Shown here: positions 36,575-46,669 of the stretch, piece after piece | Numbering within the stretch: position 1 is the stretch's first letter | Layout of the letters: each line of letters begins with the position of its first letter | Assembly (NCBI GenBank): GCA_964016885.1 | Contig: OZ024747.1 | Span: 79,608,001-79,672,000, forward strand | From: Eledone cirrhosa | Taxonomy: Eukaryota | Reading direction: 5' to 3' | Length of the DNA stretch: 64,000 bases | Notes under the pieces: model-generated | What the model was told of the DNA's origin: nothing | The model's input: the letters and a program-made list of their open reading frames with translations, nothing else | The model's database searches: none | Position numbers and translations under genes: made by a program

Positions 36575-37637
36575 TTATCTGGGACTACGTTATCCAGTGC
36601 GTCCTCTATTTTAAGGCAGAGATGGTGTGGCTTATTTTGAGGAGATTTGGCTGCTATTTCTTCCTGCAGATAGGATGACCTTGAAGAACAGAAGATAACT
36701 AGGAGATCCTTGCCGCCCTTAACAGGTGCGTTAAGAGATATGAAAAGGGAAGTATGTAAATTGTTATGTAAAGAGTTCTGGAATACTATTGGGTCGTGTT
36801 TTGAAAGCATTATTGTAACTTCCGCTGACAATCACCATTTGTAATAAAAAGTATGAGGTGTTCGAATATTTGGTCTTTGTATATCATTTGCCAAAATTAT
36901 CACGCTGTGAGATTGAGCCCAGGACCTCGTGATAGCGCATTCTTGCTAGAACTATCTGGGAACACTATCAGACATTGCAGTATCCATTGCTGGGTTAAAC
37001 ATCAGGGTTTTACTAACTTAGCCTTAGTCAGTAATCAGAACCATTATCTGGTTCCAATTTAATGTCAATAGATTGACAGAATTAGAAGAACTATTGCAGT
37101 ATTTGTTCTGGTTCTTTGCATTCTGCGTTCAAATCCCGCTGAGATCAACTTTAATTTTTCAGGAGTCAATAAATAAAGTACCAGTCAAGAACTTGGGTTG
37201 ATTTGTTGAAATTACCAAAGGACTTCTGCGAGTCTATTTAGAAGAGTTAACCAACCATCATTATCAACTTTATAGTTCAGCCACTTCTAGCGACTAGTTG
37301 TTCCTATCCTGTGGTATCTATTTTTTAATACACAAAGACCAAATATTCGAACGACTCATCCTTTTTATTACAAATGGTGATTGTCAGCGGAAGTTACAAT
37401 AATGATTTCAAAACACGACCCAATAGTATTCCAGAACTCTTTACATAACAATTTACATACTTCCCTTTTCATATCTCTTAACGCACCTGTTAAGGACGGC
37501 AAGGATCTCCTAGTTATCTACTGTTCTTCACGGTCATCCTATCTGCAGGAAGAAATAGCAGCCAAATCTCCCCAAAATAAGCCACACCATGTCTGCCTTA
37601 AAATAGAGGACGCATTGGATAACATAGTCCCAGATAA
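36575..37637. repeat. Inverted repeat, ~306-bp arms (36575-36880 / 37332-37637), ~450-bp spacer
   Basis: Near-identical ORF translations at 36547-36831(-) and 37381-37692(+). Confidence 0.93.
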
Positions 37638-37658
37638 CTCCACCCGAAAGGAAAACAC

Positions 37659-37835
37659 AGGATGGTCACTGTTAGAACATCTTATAGTATAGGTCTACTT
37701 TCAGAGGATGGTCACTGTTAGAACATCTTATAGTATAGGTCTACTATCACAGGATGGTCACTATTAGAACATCTTATAGTATAGGTCTACTATCACAGGA
37801 TGGTCACTGTTAGAACATCTTATAGTATAGGTCTG
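37659..37835. repeat. 46-bp tandem repeat, ~4 units
   Basis: aggatggtcactgttagaacatcttatagtataggtctactatcac. Confidence 0.92.
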
Positions 37836-38044
37836 CTAAACTAAGGCTAAGACCTGCGGCTATACTACAATAACAACATCACCAACAACAATATAAGCAA
37901 CATAACTAGATTACCAAAAGTGCAAACTCTATGACTCCTTCCATCTGTAGCAACACCACCACCACCACCAATACAACAATTACCACAACCACAACAACAA
38001 TAACACTAATACAACCATCATTAACACCACCACAATCATCATCA

Positions 38045-38650
38045 TCACCATTAGCAACAACAAAGTCAAGAACAACAACAGCAACAACAATGTCAACAAG
38101 GTAAGTACAAAAGTGAGGAAAACATAGCTGTATATAGGTCAGTGTTTAAGGGGGAGCATGAAGGGGAGGAGAAGTGAAGAAACCAGGTCAGAAGCTGTTA
38201 TGTGGTGGTGGTGGTGGTGGTGGTGGTGGTGGTGTTATGAGAGTGATGGTGGCGGAGGTGATGAATGAGAATAGAAAGGATGAGGGGCTTAAATGAGGTC
38301 AGATGTACTGTTACAGAAGAGGCTGTTAAAAAGGTGCGTTCTAAAGTAACTAGATGGCTGTGATAATGGTGGTGGTGGTGGTGGTGGTGGTGGTGGTGCC
38401 AATGGTAATGTTGTGGTAGGGGCGGTGGCGGTGGTTATTGTGGTGGTGGTGGTGGAGGTAATGTGTGTGTGTGTTGTGGTATGTAGTGGTAGTGGGGGTG
38501 ACGGTGTATAACGGCAATGGTGAGGGTGGTGGTGGTGTATAACGGAAGTGACGAGAATAGTGGTGGTGGTGATGGTGTATGACGGGAGTAGTGGTGGGGG
38601 TGTATATATCTGCGTAAAAGTGCACGTCACATACTTATTACTGTGTATGT
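38045..38650. repeat. Left arm of a long-range inverted duplication (partner ~46640-62295)
   Basis: Unique segments 38108-38205 and 38232-38372 are reverse complements of ~62160-62258 and ~61810-61955. Confidence 0.9.
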
Positions 38651-39005
38651 ATGTATGTGTGTGTATCTATGTACGTACGTATGTATGTATGAATGTATGT
38701 ATGTATGCAAGCATGTATGTACGTATGCATGTATGTATGTTTGTATATATGTATGCACGTATGTATGTATGTATGAATGTATATATGGTTGCGTAGATGT
38801 GTCTTTGTGGGTGTGTGCGTGTGTATATTATTTGTATGTTTATGTAGGTGCTTACGAGTAAGTAGTATACACACGCGTATATGTATGTGTGTTTTTATAT
38901 AAATGTTTACAAGAATACACATAGATGTATTTATGTGTATACAATATTATCTTACGTGAAAGTATTTCAACCTTACACGGAGCCAACCTCATGGTAATGA
39001 AGTAT

Positions 39006-39195
39006 AAATGGCACCAGTAAATATGGCACAGGTAAATATGGCACCAGTAAATATAGCACAGGTAAATATGGCACCAGTAAATATAGCACAGGTAAATATG
39101 ACACCAGTAAATATGGCACCAGTAAATATGGCACAGGTAATTATGGCACCAGTAAATATGGCACAGGTAATTATGGCACCAGGAAATAGCACAAC
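39006..39195. repeat. 15-bp tandem repeat (gtaaatatggcacca/g), possibly DNA-transposon subterminal repeats
   Basis: ~12 units seen directly; transposon origin is inference only. Confidence 0.85.
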
Positions 39196-39587
39196 TAAAT
39201 AACTGATCTTATCTGAAGTAAAATAAAGGATTCATTTTCTAAGTGGCCTCTGGCAACATCGATTTCCGTCTTTAAGATCCTTCAAACAATATTTTATGAG
39301 CTATTTTATAGCCTCTCTGCGCATGAGCACACCGTTCTTTATATTAAATATATGTACCTATATAAGACTGTTACTGTTCCAATCAGTCTACTCACCCCCT
39401 TAGCAAATACCCTAAATCGAACGCCAGTTTGTGCCCATGGCTCCTGTCAAACAAACCGTACCCACCCTCCAAATCCGCTAAATCATACGAAAACCACTCA
39501 TTCTCTCAAACTCGACTTAAGCAAAGAGGCCTTAATAACCACCTAATGGGGAAGACAAACCTTTTCAAGGTGTAGCTATATATATAT

Positions 39588-39756
39588 ATAGGAAAAGAGT
39601 CAGGACCCCGATGGCTGAGCTTCGGCCGTTTCGACAACTAGATCGAAGCTCAGCCGTCGGGGTCCTGACTCTTTTCCTATTACCCAATCTACTACCCTAA
39701 GTATTGAGCAGTCTGGTGCGTTATGGTCCACCTGGTATCTTATCACACCCTCTTTG

Positions 39757-39760
<4 letters not shown>
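39588..39760. mobile_element. Palindromic non-autonomous element, copy 3
   Basis: ataggaaaagagtcaggaccccga...tcggggtcctgactcttttcctat plus the shared tail; flanked by TA repeats. Confidence 0.85.
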
Positions 39761-39809
<49 letters not shown>

Positions 39810-39813
<4 letters not shown>

Positions 39814-40352
39814 CAGCTTATGTTAATTTTAAAAACTAATCTGTCGATAGCTTAATTCGTTTTGTCATATTTTGCAATTTTGCAATAAACCACACATACT
39901 GAATTCATCCGCCAAAACTAGGGGTTCTCTCCCTTCTCACCCCACACGTGGGTTCAGATAACGGTCAGTTCCTTAGCTTTGCATAGAACTAAATGCCTGT
40001 TGAAAAAGTGACTTCCTTGTTCGATCATCATACCAAAAGCTTAACATTATTTGTTTTAGCAGACAGTACCTGATTTAGGAGTTGCAGAAACCCCATATTC
40101 GATTTTATCACCGTTTCCAGAGGTACGGGTATATTTTTCAATCATATTTTGTTATTTGTTTGACCTGAATAGTTTGTTCGCTCCAATTACTTTGCCGTTA
40201 ATGGTTTAACCATCGTCTCAGTGTGTTTGGCCTTTTAACGTATGTTTTTGCTCTAGTACACTCGTTTCTATTGAGCGCTTGACACACATTTCGGAAGTTG
40301 TTTTTCGCTAATTTCCAATAGCCGAAATGCGATTCTCGCTAATTTATATTTG
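39810..40352 (-). mobile_element. Family A unclassified element (~540 bp)
   Basis: Minus strand aligns with 2322-2525 and 41421-41900. Confidence 0.65.
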
Positions 40353-40433
40353 TGTATATGTATGTATATATATATATATATACATACATATATATAATTG
40401 GTGTTGGATGGTTAAAGTGTTTCTGTGAGAGAG

Positions 40434-40501
<68 letters not shown>

Positions 40502-40505
<4 letters not shown>

Positions 40506-40804
40506 GTGGTCGTGTAGGCAACACGGTAAAAACCTCCCAGCCCCACACTGTAAATGTGGTTGGTGTTAGGAAGGGCATCCAGCTGTAGAAAACCTGCCAG
40601 ACAGTCCACGCTGTAATGTGGCCGTGTAGGCAACACGGTAAAAACCTCCCAGCCCCACACTGTAAATGTGGTTGGTGTTAGGAAGGGCATCCAGCTGTAG
40701 AAAACCCGCCAGATAGTCCTATGCGAGCAAGACAAACACTCTTGCCTCAAGTGGGAAAACCCCCGTCCAAACCCATGCAAGCGTGGAACACGGACGTTAA
40801 ACGT

Positions 40805-40838
<34 letters not shown>
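40502..40838 (+). mobile_element. SINE/RTE-related 3' segment with 112-bp tandem duplication and (GAT)n tail
   Basis: ggttggtgttaggaagggcatccagctgtagaaaacc twice; ends ggacgttaaacgtt(gat)n. Confidence 0.8.
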
Positions 40839-40893
<55 letters not shown>

Positions 40894-41174
40894 GGCGTGT
40901 GGCTGAGTGGTTAGAGAATTTGATTCGCAATCGTGAGGTTGTGAGTTCGATTCTCAGACCAGGCAATGCGTTATGTCCTTGAGCAAGACACTTTATTTCA
41001 CGTTGCTCCTTCTACCTGGAGTTGCGACCGATAGATAGTATTAGCAATTGGAAAGACCAATGGAAACATTGTTTCCTCGGTCCGATTTGACGAAAGTCGA
41101 TCGTTCCTTTATACTGCCAATACTGGAATTGAACCATCAAGACCGTTGAGGTATGTCATACATCAATTCATGTA

Positions 41175-41236
41175 TTTTATCTGACGAGGGCGTACTGAAA
41201 AAACATCACAGTAGCTTCGAAATATATATAATAAAA
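41175..41236 (+). ncRNA. Minimal type I hammerhead ribozyme
   Basis: UUUUAU-CUGACGA-GGGCG UACUG...CAGUA GCUUC-GAAA-UAUAUA-UA-AUAAAA; downstream tail shares actccag...actgtagagtgctt with the 17753 family. Confidence 0.85.
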
Positions 41237-41388
41237 CATATATTTTAATTATGTGAAGTCTTCATTTATTATTATTCTGAATAATAATAACTCCAGAAAA
41301 CTTACTGTAGAGTGCTTTTAATCTATTGTAAAACTATATTCATTGAGTAATCAATGAACCATATTAATCTTTGGTTATATATATATAT

Positions 41389-41420
<32 letters not shown>

Positions 41421-41423
<3 letters not shown>

Positions 41424-42291
41424 GTAGAATAATCGAGTATCGAAAAATCGGTGCACGAGTTCACGATAAACAAAATTCGATATGAGTGGCAGAGGGCTCA
41501 ATAATTCAGATAAATCAGAGCTATAACTATCGTTAAAATACCAACACACATAGATTATGTCTAAAATCAACCATACGACCGAAAAATTACGATCTGGAAG
41601 ATTCGGGTCACTCAGATAAAATATCAATAAATCAATAAATCATATGAATGTAAAAAGCTTACCCGGACCCGCTAGAAAGATGGTAAATCTAGCTTCTTGG
41701 GTTTCTGTAAATCCTTAAATTGCCCACTATCAGCCCACATAAAAATATATAAGACTTCTAGGGGGCAGCGGACAGGAAATACTTTATCAACAAGCTTTGT
41801 CCGAACGAATAAAAAAGCACAACCCTAGCTGAAAACGCACATGGAATTCAGCAAGGGAGATAACCTCTATATCCGCGAAAAATATTCGGGAAAATGTGGA
41901 AGATCACATATCGAATAAGAGTGCTCAATAGACATGTAAAAATAAACAGGAGCTATTCATCATTTAATAGAATTGACAAAAAATGAACAATAAAATTAAC
42001 TGGTCAATAGCTAAGTCTAGAGCTAAATATAGTAGAATAATCGAGTATCGAAAAATCGGCGCACGAGTTCACGATAAACAAAATTCGATATGAGTGGCAG
42101 AGGGCTCAATAATTCAGATAAATCAGAGCTATAACTATCGTTAAAATACCAACACACATAGATCATGTCTAAAATCAACCATACGACCGAAAAATTACGA
42201 TCTGGAAGATTCGGGTCACTCAGATAAAATATCAATAAATCAATAAATCAATAAATCATATGAATGTAAAAAGCTTACCCGGACCCGCTAG
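41421..42291 (+). mobile_element. Family A element, ~1.5-mer with ~270-bp direct repeats
   Basis: 41421-41694 and 42027-42291 are nearly identical, with a ~330-bp core between; flanked by TA repeats. Confidence 0.85.
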
Positions 42292-42300
42292 ATATATATA

Positions 42301-42440
42301 TGGGTACGAAAGTTTGCTGAAGAAATTTAAGACATTTTTATGTCCAGTATTGATAGAGATCATATGATTCGGGCATACCAACACTTCCGACCCCATATTG
42401 AAGCAGTCATTGAAGCTAACCGGAGGATACATTGACTAGA
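42301..42440 (+). pseudogene. Tc1/mariner transposase C-terminal remnant
   Basis: IDRDHMIRAYQHFRPHIEAVIEAN(frameshift)GGYID* resembles the F..R.EAVI.A.GG.IE terminus. Confidence 0.7.
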
Positions 42441-42987
42441 TATCATAAATATATTGTAAATAATATTTGTACTAATTTGTATCTAAATATAACATTTCTA
42501 TGATGTGATATGCGTCTCTTTCTAAATTCATGTAAATGTCCTAAAACAAAACTGACGCAGCCATTACTGGTTTCAGTTCTAAGACTGTGGCCACGCTGAA
42601 GTACCGTCGCCAAAAATATTTCCTCCAAAAAATATACCAAGCTAATTTATAGGGTGTGTGTTTGTGTCTCCTGTCTGAGGAAGGTGCCCGTGAGGTGGAT
42701 TAGCTGATGCCAGCGGGTATTGCTGGGTGTTCTTCGTGGCAATGCCTTTACCATTTTGTCCGCGGAGTGCAGCACATAGCTACGTCACTGGGTTGTGAGA
42801 GTTTTCTTGGGAGCTACAGGTGTCACCCATTAATTCATCTCCCTTAGGTTACCGCTGTTGCACAGGGGGTGCTTATTCATACGGCAGTTGCTTGCTTACA
42901 TCGCAAGTAACCATCATATCTGGTGGCCGTATCGCTATCCGCCACCTGTGACAAGTTCTCTAACAGAACAGCTCTGCCGGGAAATAG

Positions 42988-43078
42988 AGATCTTATTAGA
43001 CTTCTGTTCTAGCAATGGACTCTCTATTATGAACACCTTCTTCTAGCCCAGAGACATTCATAAATATACATGGTATAT
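42988..43078 (+). pseudogene. RTE-type APE endonuclease fragment
   Basis: ILLDFCSSNGLSIMNTFF*PRDIHKYTWY. Confidence 0.75.
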
Positions 43079-43392
43079 TGAGGTAGTGTGCTAGATCTGA
43101 AAGGTGGCGAATTGGCAGTGTCGTTAGAACATCTGATAGAATGCAGAGTGGTATTCGTTCCGGCTCTATGCGCTTTCTGAGTTCAAATACTGCCGGGGTT
43201 AACTTTGCTTTTCATCTTTTGGAGGTCGATAAAATAAAGTACCAGTTCAATACTAGGGTTGATTTGTTCCTTTGTACCTCTCTTTCACTCTTCCTTTCAT
43301 TCTCTGGGAGAAATCGAAGAGAAATTGACTGGGTATGATAGCGCCCCTACGACTCCATCAGGAGTTACGGGTACACACATTATATATATATA

Positions 43393-43833
43393 TAAGTATG
43401 TATGTATGTATACGTACATACATATATGTATACAGACGTACAGTAGTATGTATATATATACATACATGCACACATATATATATATGCACGTATAACCATC
43501 TGGCAGGAAGGTATACGATGCTGACGATAGCTAATAAGCTTGAAACTAATACATTGTTCCTGCGTCAGTGTTGAACAAAAAGGTGACGTGGTTGCCTAAA
43601 CACTGTACGGCGTAATTCGGGCTGTTTGTTTGTTTACAAACAAACAAACCGAGCATTATAATAAATGTTCGGTAAACCGATACGTGCATATATATATGTG
43701 TGCATGTATGTATATATATATACATACTACTGTACGTCTGTATACATATATGTATGTACGTATACATACATACTTACATTTAAGTAAGTGCCGTACTAAG
43801 AGTGAGAAATGAAATTTCGTTTCATTCTATTCC

Positions 43834-43840
<7 letters not shown>
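43393..43840. mobile_element. Non-autonomous element with inverted tail copy and internal hammerhead
   Basis: 43393-43492 is the reverse complement of ~43680-43780; flanked by (TA)n; tail shared with 2530-2808. Confidence 0.85.
43517..43555 (+). ncRNA. Minimal type I hammerhead ribozyme motif
   Basis: GAUG-CUGACGA-U AGCU AAUA AGCU U-GAAA-CUAA-UA-CAUU; stem III imperfect (CUAG expected). Confidence 0.7.
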
Positions 43841-43877
<37 letters not shown>

Positions 43878-44071
43878 ATACTTGGGGAAGGTCATATTTG
43901 TGTAATATTGCCAGAATTAATAACAGAACACACTCACTGTTTGGTTGGTTTTCGCTTCTGTGTCTTTTATATCGGTAATCTAATTTATTCGGTCCTCAAT
44001 GTTGCCATTGACTTACCAACGGTCAAAAATAATACAGATACAATATAGACACAAACACATATATATAGTCT

Positions 44072-44113
44072 ATCAAAGTTATTTCGTTGCACATCTGCAA
44101 CATCGTCAGTGGT
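44072..44113 (-). ncRNA. Minimal type I hammerhead ribozyme motif (in element ~43870-44130)
   Basis: Minus strand: ACCA-CUGACGA-U GUUGCA GAUG UGCAAC-GAAA-UAAC-UU-UGAU; one mismatch in stem I. Confidence 0.68.
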
Positions 44114-44671
44114 GCTATTGTTTCCTCCCGTTGTATCATAATCTATAAAGCTCAGTGTGTGGTCATGCTCCTTTCTTATAGAAATCTACGATAAAGAATT
44201 TCTTTAATTGAAATTTACAATTCAGTATTCGAAATAGTTTCGATTGCGTCTTGGCACATCTCATTTTTTCAATTTCACCCACAATTACGCAAAAAATAGA
44301 TAAAACTCAATATTTTACGATTTTTCTCTGTCATTTAAATTGCTAAACTCTTTCCACTACCATTCAAAATCTATACAACTTCATACTTTCTGCTACTTTC
44401 TCTTTCCAAGCTTGATGGTGATACTGTCCGTATTACTGTCATATCATCTGCTTCCCTCTATCTACAACCCACACATTTTGCTACTTTCTCTTTTATACTT
44501 CAAATTATTACATTTCATACGAAACGACAATTATTCAAAAGCAACAGATACATTTATTCAACAACAAGCGATAAATCTTTTTTAAAACCTCTTTTCCAAA
44601 CGCATACAAACACACACTCACTTCAACAACAACAACAACAATCTGCCTTTTATAGATAATGATAAACAATA

Positions 44672-44948
44672 ATATCCTCTATGAGGTCACTAAACCTGCT
44701 AGAAACAGCAGCTAACTCTCCCCCATACCACACCCCTCCCTACTGTCTTAAATTTAGAAAACATATCTTCTATGAGGTCACTAAACCTGCTAGAAACAGC
44801 AGCTAACTCTCCTCCATATCACACCACTCCCTACTGTCTTAAATTTAGAAAACACATATCCTCTATGAGGTCACTAAACCTGCTAGAAACAACAGCTAAC
44901 TCTCCCTCATATCACAACCCTCCTTACTGTCTTAAATTTAGAAAACAC
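44672..44948. repeat. ~92-bp tandem repeat x3 from a dispersed repeat fragment
   Basis: ctctatgaggtcactaaacctgctagaaacagcagctaactctcc...ctactgtcttaaatttagaaaac. Confidence 0.9.
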
Positions 44949-45234
44949 ACAGACAACCATGCAGAACAACTCCATCGCAGCTCTGTTGTTCGGCTGGCAT
45001 CGTCTACGCGCGTGTTGCGCAAGTACTGTGAAACAATAAATTTCAACACTTTTTTGCACAGAGATAATATCCATAGGCGGAACTACAATTGTCACTGCTG
45101 GCGCAGCTCCTGCTTCCAGGTCTGCAATTCATTCACCCAGTGCCTGGCAGACAAAAAAGTGCTGCCATAAAATGGGTGGTGCAACCTAACTTTGGTAACT
45201 TAATGACCCCGAGCAACGCCGGGCTTTAGTGCTA

Positions 45235-45235
<1 letters not shown>
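44949..45235 (+). mobile_element. Helitron 3' end
   Basis: GC-rich hairpin cccg(a)gc-aac-gccggg (45208-45223), 8 nt, then CTAG (45232-45235) followed by T; 5' boundary uncertain. Confidence 0.7.
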
Positions 45236-45282
<47 letters not shown>

Positions 45283-45643
45283 CACTCTTTTATTTCTATT
45301 CCATTTCGATTCTCTTTATTTTTCAATTCACATTCCACCGTTGCGAAACTTATTTGGGTTTCGAGGTTCAAATTCGTCTACAGAACAGGTTTGAATTTTG
45401 AAATTTAAATATGTCCAGGAATCATGGCCGTTGCCAATATAAGCTTGTCTTTATTGACTTGTATCCAGACAGACAAATTGTATTCACTTTAATTAGTTTA
45501 TTTCATTAATAGCTAACTTTGTCTGTTGCAATGTAAACACATTTCGTGTTTATCATATATCTTAAATGTATTTAACTGCTCGGAAGAGCCCCTTCCTGGA
45601 GCTTAATTATTGTAAACGACTGAGAGTTTATTCTCAAAATATA

Positions 45644-45682
<39 letters not shown>

Positions 45683-45820
45683 TACGCTGTCTATGTTCTG
45701 TGTTCAAATCATGCTGGGGTCAAACTATCCTTTTGGGATCGATAAATAAAATACTGTATCTTTGTTTCTCACTTCCTCACTCTTTCTCTGAGAGGGATAA
45801 ACTTCATCAGGTTGAAACAG

Positions 45821-46432
45821 CCATTACTCCTTCACAAGTTAAGGGCCCATGTGTGGATGACATGACCCCATTACTCCTTCACAAGTTAAGGGCCCATGTG
45901 TGGATGACATGACCCCATTACTCCTTCACAAGTTAAGGGCCCATGTGTGGATGACATGATCCCATTACTCCTTCACAAGTTAAGGGCCCATGTGTGGATG
46001 ACATGATCCCATTACTCCTTCACAAGTTAAGGGCCCATGTGTGGATGACATGATCCCATTACTCCTTCACAAGTTAAGGGCCCATGTGTGGATGACATGA
46101 TCCCATTACTCCTTCACAAGTTAAGGGCCCATGTGTGGATGACATGACCCCATTACTCCTTCACAAGTTAAGGGCCCATGTGTGGATGACATGATCCCAT
46201 TACTCCTTCACAAGTTAAGGGCCCATGTGTGGATGACATGATCCCATTACTCCTTCACAAGTTAAGGGCCCATGTGTGGATGACATGATCCCATTACTCC
46301 TTCACAAGTTAAGGGCCCATGTGTGGATGACATGACCCCATTACTCCTTCACAAGTTAAGGGCCCATGTGTGGATGACATGATCCCATTACTCCTTCACA
46401 AGTTAAGGGCCCATGTGTGGATGACATGATCC
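45821..46432. repeat. 47-bp minisatellite, 13 units
   Basis: cccattactccttcacaagttaagggcccatgtgtggatgacatga(c/t). Confidence 0.97.
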
Positions 46433-46669
46433 GAAACTCCGCAGAAATACTTTTTTATAGAGAAATAAACATATTCACAACAATTCTTATATTTTCACAG
46501 AAAATCATACACAAAAGTTAATATTGACACGCATGCGTATTCATAACCACACAAACCGATATACATACACTTAAATACACGTACATACACACAGGATGGC
46601 ACTCATAAATGTGCCGCTATAGATGTACATACATAGCCATGGATACAGCAATACGTATGTGACGTCAAC

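Noticed and set aside
41600-41625. ttttatctgagtga on the minus strand resembling a hammerhead start in family A
   Set aside because: Core has the wrong spacing and no downstream GAAA.
41755-41770. CTCF-like motif ttctagggggcagc
   Set aside because: Only a partial match, inside a repeat and not conserved in the 39810-40352 homolog.
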